Source of the DNA: Carcharhinus longimanus
Lineage: Eukaryota
Direction of reading: 5' to 3'
Assembly (NCBI GenBank): GCA_030264375.1
Contig: JASCQW010000032.1
Coordinates: 38,339,376 to 38,403,375, forward strand
DNA length: 64,000 nucleotides
The first letter of the stretch is position 1; each line of letters opens with the position of its first letter. Positions 24,430-38,419 of this stretch are shown here, piece by piece. Both the position numbers and the translations under genes were made by a program. Below the pieces are notes generated by a model that ran no database searches, was not told the DNA's origin, and saw nothing but the letters and a program-made list of their open reading frames with translations.

Positions 24430-25600
24430 GTACGTTATACTTAAATAAGAATGTATAGAATTATTTCAAGTGAACTTGCTACAAGAAATATGTTTTTATT
24501 TTTTCTGTGTTCATTGGAAGAGATGTATAGCGATTAATAATAAGCAGCACTGGGACCACTGCTCCAGTGCCTTTTGCACCGCCAACAACTTCATAATGAA
24601 AAGGTCCAGTTCTTTATAATATTTACATTTTGTTCCATCTGTATTGATTAGAATGCACTGAGAGTACTGAGATGTGGCAGTAAGGTTTCCAGTGCCCAGT
24701 AACCCTGGAAAGAAGGATGTATTTGGGTTGAAAAAGCATTGTGTGAGATTACAATTAGTCTTCTAAGGCCAAAATGTTGAGCAGTATGTCAACAAGATCA
24801 TTATAGTAATACATTGGATCACCCAGATTTTAAAAAAATGTTAACCTCTTGACAGATAATTCAGCTGCTGTATGTGAATAGATTTAATTGCAATAAAAAC
24901 ATGTGGCCTTGCTGAACCTTGTGTCACCTTGTCTGCAAGCACTATGTGCAGTACATGTTAATTGGCAGTGCAGTTTGGGGGAAGGTATAAACATTGGAAC
25001 AGGATTAGGCTACTTTGTCCCTCAAGCCTGATGCACCACCCAATGGGATCATAGCTGATTCTTGACCTAACTATATATCTGACTTTGCCCCAGATTCCCT
25101 AAAAGGTTTGATTAACAAGGGTGGTGTGTGAAATTAGCCTCAATTATACTGTGAGCTAGTCCATGTTACATGCCAGAGCAACAGATGTTGAAATTACACT
25201 TTGTATGTTTCGAGGCAAAAAAATTGATCATTTCAAAAAGTGGATCTGTCTTTTGTATTGCTTTTTGAGGCTGAAAGGGTGAATCTTTTTCTGGGTTTTG
25301 ACAGAATCTCAAGTTGATAATTCACAAATGCGGAGGAGGGAGTCAACATGAATAGCATGTGAATTTCACTTCCGCTTGGTGCCAATTTGGCTGCAATGTG
25401 TGTTTCTCCCAGTGGCAAACCACAATGTGAAACTACAACCCAACTCTCAGTTGTACAGCAATTTGGAGCATCAGCATAATGTTCTATTGTGCCATTCAAA
25501 TTGCCAAAATGTAGTCATTATTTACAGAAAATTTATGTTTGTTATTGCATATGTGTGTTTTTGAACATCAACATTTAAAACTGTGTTGTTTTCTTTGCAG

Positions 25601-25769
25601 CCAAGGAGCATTTACTGAGACCTCAGTTTGTGGAAAAGTTGAAAAATGTCAGTGTTAAAGAAGGTGCCCCTGTTGCAATGGCAGTAAAAGCTGTTGGAAA
25701 CCCAAATCCTGATATTGTATGGCTGAAGAACAGTGATATTATTGCCCAACACAAGTATCCACATATTAA
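25601..25769 (+). CDS. ttn: titin exon 27, Ig Z7 N-half
   Basis: KEHLLRPQFVEKLKNVSVKEG...WLKNSDIIAQHKYPHI; absent from ORF track. Confidence 0.95.
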
Positions 25770-25857
25770 GTAAGTACATTGTAATATTAATAAATTGTTA
25801 ATAGGTACATGTGCATATGATGTATTTGCTGATTTGTAATTTCTACTTGTATCGTAG

Positions 25858-27551
25858 GATTGAAGGTACTAAAGGAGAAGGAGCACTGAAAATTGATTCT
25901 GTAGCAAATTATGATGCTGCATGGTATACTGCAACTGCCATCAATAAAGCAGGTCGTGACACAACAAGATGTAAACTTAATGTTGAACTTGAATTTGCTG
26001 AACCTGAACCAGAAAGAAAGTTAATCATTCCAAAGGGGACCTATAAAGCTAAGGAGATATCGGCTCCTGAGCTAGAACCCCTTCATTTACGTTACGGCCA
26101 GGAACAGTGGGAGGAAGGTGATTTGTATGATAAGGAGAAACAACAGAAACCCCATTTCAAAAAGAAGACCAGTTCTGTGAGGCTCAAATGTTTCGGACCA
26201 GCACACTTTGAATGCAGACTAACACCAATTGGTGATCCGACAATGGTTGTTGAGTGGTTACTTGATAGTAAGCCTCTTGCTGCAGCGAACAGACTTCGTA
26301 TGATCAATGAATTTGGATACTGTAGTCTTGATTTTGAAGTAGCATATCCCCGGGATAGTGGTATCATCACCTGTAGAGCTACAAACAAGTATGGCACTGA
26401 TCAGACATCAGCAACTCTCATTGTAAAAGATGAAAAGAGCCTTGTTGAAGAATCTCAGTTACCTGAGGGTAGAAAAGGAATGCAACGAATTGAAGAACTT
26501 GAAAGAATAGCCCATGAAGGTGCACTTACAGGTCTTTCAGAAGAATTGATAAAAGAGAAGACAAAGCCTGAAATAGTTTTGTTCCCAGAACCAGCAAGAG
26601 TGCTGGAAGGTGAAATAGCACGCTACCGGTGTCGTGTCGTAGGCTATCCTCAACCAAAGGTCAACTGGTATCTTAATGGGCAACTTATTCGCAAGAGCAA
26701 ACGGTTTAGGCTACGTTATGATGGTATCTACTACCTGGAAATTGTTGACTGCAAATCATATGATTCAGGTAATGTCAAAGTTACGGCAGAAAATCCTGAA
26801 GGGGTTGTGGAACACACAGTGAAGCTAGAAATAACAGAACGAGAAGATTTCAGGTCTATTTTACGGCGAGCCCCTGAACAGAAGGTTGAAACTGGCCTAC
26901 CGGAACCTGCCAAGCCATTCTTTGAAGTCATTAAGGTAGAAAAACCAGCTGAGGCTGCAGTCAAAGAGGTGGTGAAACTTAAAAAGGCTGAAAGAATTAT
27001 TCATGAGAAACTAACAGAGGAGACCGAAGAACTCCGTAGCAAATTTAAACGTAGAAAGGAAGAAGGTTATTATGAAGCCATTACAGCAGTGGAACTCAAA
27101 TCACGTAGAAAAGATGAAGCTTATGAAGAAATGCTGAGAAAAAGAAAGGAAGAACTTCTCCATTGGACCAAAGAAGTACCTGAGGAGGAAAAGAAACTCC
27201 CTCCTCCTGAAGGCACTGTCACCATTCCAACTTTTAAACCAGATAAGGTTCAGTTATCACCAAGTATGGAGGCACCCAAAATTTTGGAGCGTATTCAGAG
27301 TCAGACAGTGGCTTGTGGAGATGAAAGTCATTTCCGTGTTAGAGTGGTGGGCAAGCCAGACCCTGAATGCCAATGGTTTAAGAATGGTGTCAAACTTGAA
27401 AAATCTGAACGAATTTACTGGTATTGGCCTGAAGACAATGTCTGTGAACTTGTAATTAGAAATGTTGTACCTGAAGATTCTGCCAGTATAATGGTGAAAG
27501 CTATCAATGTTGTTGGTGAAACCTCAAGCCACGCTTTCCTGCTTGTACAAG
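25858..27551 (+). CDS. ttn: titin exon 28 (Z7 C-half, Z8, Z9, I1)
   Basis: 1694-nt open exon; [33 protein letters not shown]. Confidence 0.97.
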
Positions 27552-27645
27552 GTAATTAGCTTTGTCTACTAAATGCTAGATGTACGTTTTTTAAAAAATT
27601 ATTCTTCCTGATATTTATAGTATTCTTTTCCTGATCTTTTTTCAG

Positions 27646-27927
27646 CCAAGCAAGTGATTACGTTTTCCGAGCAGTTGCATGATGTTAAAGCAAAAGAGAA
27701 AGACACCATGGCAACTTTTGAATGTGAATTGTCAGAACCATTTATAAAAGTAGAATGGTTTAAGAATGACGTGCAGATTTTCCCTGGTGACAAATACCGA
27801 ATGCATTCTGATCGGAAAGTTCATTTCCTGTCTGTATTGACAATTGCTATGACTGATGTTGCAGAATACACTTGTGCTCTTGTTGAAGATTCTTCTATAC
27901 GATCAACAGCAAAACTTATTGTTGAAG
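27646..27927 (+). CDS. ttn: titin exon 29, Ig I2
   Basis: KQVITFSEQLHDVKAKEKDTMATFEC. Confidence 0.96.
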
Positions 27928-28277
27928 GTATGAAAGATGCATGAGTAGCAAAGCAAGAACTAAATAACTGCAACATAATAGACAGCAGCCAAAGAGTAAT
28001 TAAAATGTGAATTAATTTTTTAGAATATTGGTTAAGTTACTTCTCTTTAAATATTACCATATTATGATTGAATGAAAATGCTTTTATCTCCATAATGTCA
28101 GTTGGTTAAGTTACAAAATGAAAAAAAAACTCTTGGAAATTCCATCATTCATGTCAACTTACCATAGATTTAATGACTTTCTATGAATGCAGAAAGTTAT
28201 TCTTATGTCTGCTGCTGGTGACGGTTTTGATGATTGATTGTTTTCATAAAATCATAAGGCCTTAATAAGATCACAGT

Positions 28278-28680
28278 CATAAGAAATTGGAGAAGGAGTA
28301 GGTCATTTGGCCCAATAGGACTGCTGCACCATTGGATAGGATTGTAGCGAATCATTTGTGGCCTGACCTCAAATTTCATGCCCCTGCCTTAAATATCCCT
28401 GTTGATCAAAAATCTGCCCAATACAGCTTTGAATGTGTTCTATGACACAAACTCCATTTGTTGCCTGTGGAAGAGAGTCCAAAGGTTAACAGACCTCTCC
28501 ATCTTCAGTGGCTGACCTCTGATTTTTAAGCTTTGCCTCCTGGTTCATGAGCAGAAACATCCTGTCAACTCTGTCTTGTCAATCCCCCTCAAAATCTTAT
28601 AAAATACAATCAGATTACCTCCCATTCTTCCAAATTCGGATGAGCATGGACCCTACATGCTCAAACTTTCCTCTTATGAT
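28278..28680 (-). mobile_element. CR1-type LINE 3' fragment
   Basis: cataagaaattggagaaggagtaggtcattt; similar to 4440-5110. Confidence 0.55.
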
Positions 28681-28771
28681 TGTTAACAATAAATGTAAAT
28701 GCAACATCAATTTCCACATGTACACTGATGATAGCCAGTTCTTCACCACCACAATCTGGTACATCGAGAGA

Positions 28772-28948
28772 GAATTTAGCATGGCCAGTGCACCTAACCA
28801 GCATATCTTTCAGGCTGTGGGAGGAGACCAAAGCATTGGGAGGAAACCCACACAGACACAGGGAGAACATACAAACTCCGCACAGACAGTAACACAAGCC
28901 AGGAATTAAACCTGGGTCCCTGGTGCTGTGAGGCAGCCATGCCAGTGG
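28772..28948 (-). mobile_element. HE1-like SINE
   Basis: Reverse complement of SINE head/core. Confidence 0.8.
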
Positions 28949-29268
28949 CTTGGTGTCAGATATTTCTGATACCTGTGAAATGCACTGATCCATTTAACTA
29001 TGTTAAAGGTGCTACATAAATGCATGTTGTCATTGATTTATGAATAAACTCATTGATCCAACACTCCCTATAGGAAACCACATTTAAAGAAATAATGGGT
29101 TGGAGAATTTATACTACAGTGCTGTAGCTCAATCTCTGACCCATGCTCCTTCAAGCATGTCTTTGATTGAGAGCTTGAATTGATGAATTTACACTTTAAT
29201 AGCATTACTTAAGTCAAGATAGGCTATGATACGGTGGCTTAAAGTATGATTTTTTAATCTTCATATAG

Positions 29269-29535
29269 GAGCTGTCCTTGAATTCACCCAAGAGCTTGCG
29301 GACTTAGAAGTGCCAGAGTTATTCTCAGGTGAATTAGAATGTGCTTTTTCAAGTGAGGATGCTGAAGGAAAATGGTACAAAGGAGATGTAGAGATCCAGC
29401 CCAGCAACAAATACTATATTTCCTCTCGTCGTGGTCGCCATACTTTAGCAGTTAAAGATGTTGTCAAGGAAGACCAGGGCAGATACAGTTTTGTTGTTGA
29501 AGGCAAAAAGACAAGTTGCAATCTGAAGATGAAAC
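29269..29535 (+). CDS. ttn: titin exon 30, Ig I3
   Basis: AVLEFTQELADLEVPELFSGELEC. Confidence 0.96.
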
Positions 29536-29693
29536 GTAAGTTAATTTGTATGTAAATCAGTAATAATCAGCTCATTTTTAATCTAATAAAGCATTTGGTT
29601 TGAAGATGGAATGCATTCACAATGATGGTAAATTCAACAATTTTGGAGATATTGCAAGGGTTTATTGACAAAGGTCACCTTTGTTACTTGCAG

Positions 29694-29966
29694 CACGTGC
29701 TGTGACAATTCTTCAAGACCTTGGAGACCAGAACATTTGTGAAGGCGATATTGCCCAACTTGAAGTTAAATTCTCTCAAGAAAATGTTGAAGGTGTCTGG
29801 CAAAAGAATGGTCAAGAAATCCAGGCTAATGAACGTGTTCACCTTGTTATAGACAAAACATCACATATGTTGCTGATTGAGGATGCAACAAAAGAAGACG
29901 CTGGCATATATTCATTTCATGCCACTGATTTTGACCTCTCTACATCTGGACGTTTAACTGTGCAAT
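29694..29966 (+). CDS. ttn: titin exon 31, Ig I4
   Basis: RAVTILQDLGDQNICEGDIAQLEVK. Confidence 0.96.
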
Positions 29967-30074
29967 GTAAATGCTTTTTTTATCTTTATTTTTTACAATT
30001 TTGTAACATTTCATTCAGTTATAGGAGGTATCCCGGGATTTCCAAATGACAGCCATATTTTCTTTACTTTCCAG

Positions 30075-30338
30075 CTATTGAAGTTGTGATCCCTCTTAAA
30101 GACCTTACTGTAATTGAGGGAACAAAGGCAGTTTTAGAGTGCAAAGTCTCAGTTGCACACATTACTTCTGTGAAATGGTACTTCAATGACCAACCAATTG
30201 AACTTGGTGACAGGATACAAACTGTTGCAAAAGGGGCTAAACAGCGTCTGGTAATCAGCAGGTCCTTCGCCTCAGACGAAGGATGCTACAAACTTGTCAT
30301 TGGCAAAACTGAAACAAGCTGTAATCTAACAGTTGAAC
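30075..30338 (+). CDS. ttn: titin exon 32, Ig I5
   Basis: IEVVIPLKDLTVIEGTKAVLECKVS. Confidence 0.96.
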
Positions 30339-30435
30339 GTAAGTGACCAATTATTGTGAACTGGTTTAAGAAGTTTATATTGTTTTTATTCGGCATTTTG
30401 TTTTCTGAAATTTGGATTTGTGTCTTATCTTATAG

Positions 30436-30696
30436 GAATTGAAATTATTAGAGGACTCAAAAATATTACATGCACAGAGACTCAGAGTATTACCTTTGAA
30501 GCAGAGTTGTCTCATACTGGAATTGATGTGGCATGGTTATTTAGGAACCAAGAGCTCAAAACAGATTCCAAATACAAGGTAGAGGCAAAGGGCAAAATTT
30601 ACAGACTGACTGTAATGGACATAATGAAGGACGAAGAAGGAGAATATACATTTATGGCTGGTGAGAAGACATCAAAAGCAAGCCTTACAGTTTCAG
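30436..30696 (+). CDS. ttn: titin exon 33, Ig I6
   Basis: IEIIRGLKNITCTETQSITFEAELSH. Confidence 0.96.
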
Positions 30697-32882
30697 GTAT
30701 GAAGAAGTTGATATACTGTAGAACATAGTTCTTTCTATTTGTTTGCACTAAAGATTATGGGAGTTCTTTATAAAAATAAAAGCCAACTCATAATTGAATA
30801 TTGTAAATACCTAGGTATCATTACTGTTACTATAAAATGGTTTGAGACAGCTACAATGAAAACAAAAACCAGCCCTCGCTCCTCATGCTCATGCATTCCA
30901 CATGCCTCCCAATGCATGCCACTTCATGTCCCCACCACTTTTCATGGCCCCTCATAATCTCCACTCCCTTTCAGCCACCCTCATGCCATCTCAACCTATG
31001 CTCTTTACTCACCTCCCATAACTCTTCATAGCCTCATGCTAACTAAGTTCCAACACTTGCCAGCCCATGATCCTTTGCTCTTACACTCACCATGCCAAAT
31101 CATCCAGTACCCACCGTGAGCAGATCTCAGGGAACCATGTTGAGATGACATAAAATAAAGTTCTAAGTGTTGATTGCAAAATTCACTATTAAAAAAAAGT
31201 CATTCCTACAATCTCATTCAATATATGTACATTCTTTCAAACACTTAATCCCTAATAAAAACAAACATTTATTTCAAGTACTTTAATCACTTATGAAAAA
31301 AATTGTATCCATTATGCCACATTAAAAAGAATTATACACCCTTACTGCTCTCAATCAAACTATGAACTTACACCCCCACACCTGATCATGGTAATGCTAG
31401 ATCATGGAATCAGACATGCAACATTGAGCCCAACTGTTATCCCTCAGGCTTAAGTAAACAGACAGGTAGTGAAATGGGAAACTGCAGGTTGGAAGTTTTG
31501 TTTTAGAAAACGATCTTGAGGATTTGAATGACAGCCTGACTTTTCTATTGAGCTTATCCACTTTTAACAAACATTGATATCTACACTTGTATAGGAGCAT
31601 TTTTCAGAGACTATGGCCAGTATTTCATGATCTCGCTCAGACAAGGCTCGTAAAATCCCACCCAAGGCCAACAGAGAATTCCATTCTGCAAGCCACACCT
31701 GCCCCGATTCCAGGGCGAGCATTGGCAATAAAATTTGGGCATATGTGATATGCTGGCTTTCACATGGTTGATTTCCACCCTTAATTATGGCTCAGCTAAC
31801 ACAAAGACTTGTGGAGGCAGTACTCTGGTAAAAGACATTTTTTATTTTCTAAGCTTGGTCAATGTACGAGGAAGAGCGATTTGGAGCAGTTCCAAATCAA
31901 CTCTGAAATTACATGACTCTTTGTTCTCTAATTATACAATTTTCAAAGCAATTTGGCCACCCCAGCTGGATATGATCCTATCATTATAAGTGTAGATTAT
32001 ATAACTTGGCCAATAACACTACACCTGGGCAGCATGGGACTGTGTGATCAGCTTGTGGACCTTAAAGGCCTTACTTATAGTATCCTGATGTTTTCCAGAC
32101 CCCTTTATCTGGTGTCCTTGGTTCTGCATGTATCCCATTAAGGGCTGTCTGGAGACTACTGATAAGAATTGTATTTTTTCCTTTGCTCAGCAGCAAAGTG
32201 TTTTAAGGAATGTGGCTCTTTTCACTTAAATATGCCCCATTATGCTTTATGAGCATTATGTTGTTAATACAGGTTTAAGTTTGCTTTAAAAACAATGTTT
32301 AAATTCTCTAATTGTGGTTATATGTACCTCTATGCAAGAGGTTTATAACTTTATAACTCTTTCTGTATCCGATCTTATCTACCCCAGTCTGCTGATCATT
32401 GGTCCCAAGCCATTCTGAATCTCCTTACAACTTGACAATACTAAAAGGGAAACTGACCGCTTCCAAGGCGCACCTTGCCTCCCCAAGGGTATTTTCTAAA
32501 TTTCTACTGCAGCTGTTCTCAGACTTAAAGTCTGCAAGTCATATTTTGGACATTATAGTTATGAAAATAGCATCTGTTTGCAAGCAATTACACTTCTACA
32601 TGCAGCTGCCTGCATGAACCACGGATGTGCACACTACAATCCAATCCCTGCCCCAGCCTCAGCCTCCAGTGCTCCCCTAACATTGTCCTGGTGAAAATTA
32701 TGGGTGCCAAGGTCAGGGGCAGGACATTCAGAATCTGAGCTGTAGTGCCATTTTTGCTAAGGCATGGAGCCCTCATTTTGGGTCATTGCTTATATGTGCA
32801 TGCAAATATGTAGTTAATTGTTATTTGGTAATATTTTGTTTCCTTTGATTTGCTTCATTCCCATATTTTTATACAACCATAG

Positions 32883-33143
32883 GTGGTGCTATCAGCAAAC
32901 CTCTTGAGGACCAGACAGTGCCTGAATCACAGCCAACTATCTTTGAATGTGTAGTTGCTAATCCAAAATCTGAGGGAATATGGTCAAAGGATGGCAAACC
33001 AATAAGCTTTAGTAATATTATCCGAAGTGAAGTAGATGGAGTTACCAGGCGTCTTGTAATTGATATCACTAAATCAGAAGATGCCGCTGAATACTCGTAC
33101 CAAGTTGCAAACTCCAAGACATCTGCTAAGCTGAAGGTTGAAG
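32883..33143 (+). CDS. ttn: titin exon 34, Ig I7
   Basis: GAISKPLEDQTVPESQPTIFECVVANP. Confidence 0.96.
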
Positions 33144-34519
33144 GTAAGTTTCACAAACACCAAAAAGATTATGTTTAGACATGTAGCTGAAGAACAAGAT
33201 TGTGACCTTTTATGTTTCATTGAGAATTATTGAATTCATTTGTGAAAATTATGAAGTGTAATTGCCAAATTATTTAACTGTTAATGGAAAAATACTTCTC
33301 ATCTATTATAAGAACACAAATACTTAGAANNNNNNNNNNATAGGATTTTAGCTAATTTTGAAAAATTAATAATTTAATTTGCATTAAATATTGCAATGTG
33401 TATTTCAAAGCAGCAATATGGTGACATATTGAAGGATTTCATGATGTTGTAAAGAGAAATTTGTTACTGTCTCCCTTAGAAATCACAGCAAAATGAATCA
33501 CATAGCTTAACAAGAGAATAATAATAGAATTTAACACATGTTGGTAAGAGATAGCATCTTAACATTTAAATATTACACACAGATAGTAGATGAAAAGTTG
33601 AAAATCCAGCTTCTGTATCTAATCAAAACATAAGTCAGAACTTTGTGAGTGTTCATTCTGGTAGTGTCTTCTGGTCCCAGTGACAGTGCGGGTTTCCTAG
33701 CGGTGTGGGGTGGAATCTATGGGAAATCCCATGACAGTGGCAGGACTAAAATATCTCATCACTGGCCAATAGCACATTGCCTCCTGCTGCAAGAAAGTTG
33801 CTGTGGAGAGGCCAAAGAATCCCACCCCAATTCCTTTCAAAATAGATTATGAATGACTTCTGACAATTAAATAAATTGGATATCCTTTTTTTCCTATGCA
33901 TAATTTTACTTTGCAAAACTTGATTTTCATGAAAATTATTTACAAAACATTGTTATAACAGAAGGCATGAGGGAAAAGTAGAGTGGCTGCTTTGTTATTT
34001 TCATTTAAAAGACATTTGTTTTTTATCTATTTGTTACTGGACCCTTTGTGTATGGGAAAACTGACAGCTTTGCTGTTCTCCAAAGATAAAATATGTGAAG
34101 TAGTTTCAGAAAATTTAAATGTTGTTCCTTTTTAATGGCAATTATTGGAGCAATAGAAGAAAGCTTATTACTCTCATTTAAATTATGTAAGCTACCTCTC
34201 TAGACCTGATTCGAAATCTCTTACTATTGAAAATTTAACATAAGTGGATACTCTGACATTTAATGTAAATACTTAGTCCCATTACCCTAGACCAAGGTGA
34301 AAATTAGAAATTTGATATCAGCTGAGGTGTAAAAAGAAATGGCAATTTTGCTCAATTGGTTCTGTGCAGTAAAACACCTGATTAAAAATATGTAACACAG
34401 CATGAGATTTAATCAGAGTAAGATATCAATTTATTACAAAATACCACTTGATCTTTGCAAAAAGGTTTGGTGTTACTGAGGAGTAGTACTTTCCACTCCT
34501 TTCCGGTCAATTCAGAGGG

Positions 34520-34880
34520 AGGCGATGGCAAACTGGAAATATTGCAAGCGATTAATCCAAAAACTCAGCTAATATTCTGCAGACCAGGTTCAAATTCCAC
34601 CATGGCAGATGATGGATTTTGAATTCAATAAAATATATCTGGAATTAAGAATTTACTAATCACCATAAAACCATTGTCAGTTGTTGTAAAAAAAGACATC
34701 TGGTTCACTAATGTCCTTCAGGGAAGGAAATCTACCATCCTTACCTGATCTGGCCTACATGTGACTCTCAACTATCCTCCAACGTTTCCTAGCAAGCCAC
34801 TCAGTTCACAAGCAACTAGGAATGAGCAATAAATGCAGGCCAGCCAGTGATTCACATGTCCCGCAGCTGAACAAAAAAAA
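34520..34880 (+). mobile_element. second SINE-like retroposon family with A-rich tail
   Basis: B-box-like ggttcaaattcc, ctggttcactaatgtccttcagggaaggaaatct, aataaa and oligo-A end. Confidence 0.6.
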
Positions 34881-34961
34881 TGATGAGCTGGATGATGAGC
34901 CAATGTAAAATTGAGATTGCATTGTAAAATAAATAATGTTCATAAAATTATTCTCCTAAAG

Positions 34962-35225
34962 CTATCAAAGTAAAGAAGACTTTGAAGAATCAGACAGTCA
35001 CAGAAACCCAAGATGCAGTCTTTACCTTGGAACTTACACACCCTGATGTGACCGGAGCCCAGTGGATTAAAAATGGGGAAGAAATCAAACCAAGTGACAA
35101 GTATGAGATTACCGTTGATGGAGTCGTTCACACTCTTAAAATTAAGAAGTGTCTAGTTTCAGATGAATCTGTGTACAACTTCAAACTTGGCAGAGTGTCA
35201 GCCAATGCCAGACTTCATGTGGAGG
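34962..35225 (+). CDS. ttn: titin exon 35, Ig I8
   Basis: IKVKKTLKNQTVTETQDAVFTLELTHP. Confidence 0.96.
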
Positions 35226-35772
35226 GTAAATAGAGAACTTTGAGTTTTTTATGCTGCTTGACAATACTATGTATTAAAAATTCAATTACTGTAGGCTGTA
35301 ATTTCTTAAAAACGCCTGGCGCTATTTTTAACTCTGCTAATATGTACTACTGCGTTCTTGTATTCTGCATTTTAAACATATTTATAGGAATGCTTTGAAG
35401 CTTACAGAATTGTACATTAACATTTTGGCTAGTTCAGGAAAAGAAATTTATTATTTTGGACAACCTAATGACAAAGCTTCATAAAATTTGAATATCAGCT
35501 CAGTGCTTTAGTGCAAAAGCCTGAATAAAATATCATATAAATAAATGGATATTAAATAATAACAACATATTAATTTCTCATGAATTAATTTGTTAAAATT
35601 TGTTAATTATGCATTACATTACACATCACTTTAATTTACATTTATAAAACTAAAGCTATCAAACTGGAAATATGTGTTCATATTCTTTATCACATCAGCT
35701 ATTGCTGTGTCATCTAAAATTTTTACTTGAACATGCAGAACTTAAAACAATGTTTTGATTTTATGTTATTAG

Positions 35773-36033
35773 TTATCAAAGTAATTAAGAAACCAAAGGA
35801 CATCACTGCCATGGAAAATGCCACTGCTACTTTTGAACTAAGTGTGTCACATGACAATGTGCCAGTAAAATGGATGTTCAACAATGTGGAACTTAAGACA
35901 AGTGACAAGTGTAAAGTCATTTCACAAAGGAAAGTTCACAAACTAGTATTGGAGAATGTCACCCCAGCACAAGTTGGCGAGTATTCAGCCATTATTGGAC
36001 AACTTGAATGCAAAGCAAAACTTTTTGTTGAAT
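35773..36033 (+). CDS. ttn: titin exon 36, Ig I9
   Basis: IKVIKKPKDITAMENATATFELSVSHD. Confidence 0.96.
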
Positions 36034-36795
36034 GTGAGTATATACTTTTATGTTCTGCAGTAACAATCCATTATAAAACAACAATTCAAATATAAAATCA
36101 AAAATGTACTCATCCCAAAATATATTGGATGGTATTTTGCACTTTGTGCACCAAGTGCTGGCTGACGTGGGCAGCTGTCCAGCTGCATAGCTGAGCTTTC
36201 TCTCCAGATTCTCTGGCACTCTATGCGCAGAAAATCTGGGGGAATGGTTTTCACCATCACACTGGAGGTGTGGGGCCTGATAGAGCTGTCAGTGCCAGCT
36301 CCACAGAGATCACGGCATTGTTTTTAAAATGCGCCCCAATTTGTGCTGTTTAAAGAAACGCTCCTCCCCCTCCCCCCCACAAATAAAAAGCACTGGGGCA
36401 ACCACCATCCTCAGTGTAAAAACAAAACTCTTATGGGCACACAGTTGAGTGTCTCAGAGGGCACACTGCGGTGCCACTGGTTAGAACTGCAAGTGTGTTA
36501 CAAGGGCAGTGTCAGGGGATATTCTTTATGTGGGGGAACAAATGGTAGGAAAGCCTTTAAGTGTATTTAACTTTATTAAAATGTATTTAAATGAAAGGGC
36601 AGGAACCTTGTTATGTCACCAGCATTAAGCATGTAAAATTGGAAAATGAGTTCCCACTGGCGAGAATCCCTTTTTCTGATTCTTGCGAGATTTTACGTCC
36701 CCATCACTGTTTGCACAGGTAGCAATCACGGGCACAAAATCACCCCTGTTATCTATTTCCCACGTTCTAATTTATTTATTTATTTATTTATTAAG

Positions 36796-37056
36796 CTGTA
36801 CACATCACCAAGACAATGAAGAATATTGAAATTCCAGAGACAAAGAATGCAACCTTTCAGTGTGAAGTGTCTCATTTCAATGTCCCAGCCACATGGTTGA
36901 AAAATGGTGTGGAAATAGAAATGAGCGACAAGTTCAAAGTAGTTGTACAAGGCAAACTCCACCAGCTGACTATCATGAACACAAGCCATGAGGACTCTGC
37001 AGAGTATACCTTCATCTGTGGAAATAATAAAGTGTCAGCTACTCTGACAGTGAACC
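36796..37056 (+). CDS. ttn: titin exon 37, Ig I10
   Basis: VHITKTMKNIEIPETKNATFQCEVSHF. Confidence 0.96.
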
Positions 37057-37218
37057 GTAAGATGTCCTCATTCACGTAGATATTGTTAAGCAATAAATTT
37101 TAAGTTAGTCTTACATAATTACAGATGAAAATAACTAAGTACCAAACTGTTAATAATGATTAGAATGTGTACATTGATAATATTTCTCTGCAACTAAACG
37201 CATGTTTTCTCTCTTTAG

Positions 37219-37479
37219 CGATTTTAATAACATCCATGCTAAAGGACATGAATGCACAAGAGAAGGATACAATTACTTTTGAAGTAACAGTGAACTATGA
37301 AGGTATTACTTATAAATGGCTGAAGAATGGGAAAGAAATCAGATCAACTGACAGAACCCATATAAAGACCAAGCAATTAACACACACACTTACAATCCGA
37401 AATATTCACTTTGGTGACGCGGCAGAATACAGTTTTGTTGCTGGATCAGCCTCATCTGCAGCGACTTTATATGTGGAAG
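37219..37479 (+). CDS. ttn: titin exon 38, Ig I11
   Basis: ILITSMLKDMNAQEKDTITFEVTVNYEG. Confidence 0.96.
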
Positions 37480-37575
37480 GTAATTAATGAAGTCATTTAC
37501 TTGTACTTTTGTTTTAATTACAAAATTGACTGTAAAATCACATGTTTAATACATGCTGCACGCTTCCTTTTATAG

Positions 37576-37717
37576 CTCGGCACATCGAATTTAGGAAACA
37601 CATCAAAGATATCAAAGTCGTTGAGAAGAAGAAAGCCACCTTTGAGTGTGAAGTTTCAGAACCAAACATTGCAATACAGTGGATGAAAGATGGTACGGCA
37701 CTTGAGGCTTCTGACAG
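37576..37717 (+). CDS. ttn: titin exon 39, Ig I12 N-half
   Basis: RHIEFRKHIKDIKVVEKKKATFECEVSEP; absent from ORF track. Confidence 0.95.
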
Positions 37718-37826
37718 GTAAGTATTTGATCTATTCAGCATTTGATAAGTCAGTTTCCTGTGTTAAATATGTTATAAAAGCCAAATACGGAATCATATTT
37801 ACATCTTTTTGATTTTTTGTTTACAG

Positions 37827-37995
37827 AATTAAAATCGTCGATGATAAATTTATCCATCGTCTCACCATTCCCGTTACAAAAATGGCCGATGCTGGCCAGT
37901 ATGCAGCAGTGGCAGGTGGAACTATTTCTACTGCTAATTTGTATGTGGAAGCTCGACACATTGTGATTTCAAAACCTGTTCATTCAGATATTCAG
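37827..37995 (+). CDS. ttn: titin exon 40, I12 C-half / I13 start
   Basis: IKIVDDKFIHRLTIPVTKMADAGQYAAVAGG; absent from ORF track. Confidence 0.94.
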
Positions 37996-38141
37996 GTATT
38001 AAGTATTCCTTTTTTATTTGAAACCAGTAACTTTGACAGTTATCAGAAGTAACAACATATAAATTGATAACAGAACTAAGAACCATTAGTTTTACTCTTT
38101 CCGTACATTATCTTAATAAGAAAATAATTTCCTGTAATCAG

Positions 38142-38373
38142 GTCATTGAGAAAAAGAAGGCTATCTTTGAATTTCAAGTTGATGAAGATGATGTTGAGGC
38201 TCAGTGGCTCAAGAATGGAACTGAGATCAACTTTGAGGCTGAAGAAAGATACAGATATATAATCCAAAGACGGGTACATCGCATGACCATTACTGAAACA
38301 AAAGTTAGTGATTCTGGAGAGTATACCTTTGTGGCTGGCAGGAATCGAAGTTCTATGACGCTTACTGTTAATG
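38142..38373 (+). CDS. ttn: titin exon 41, Ig I13
   Basis: VIEKKKAIFEFQVDEDDVEAQWLKNG. Confidence 0.95.
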
Positions 38374-38419
38374 GTACGTTTAAGAGCAACAATAACTACA
38401 TGTTATGTTATGGCATCTT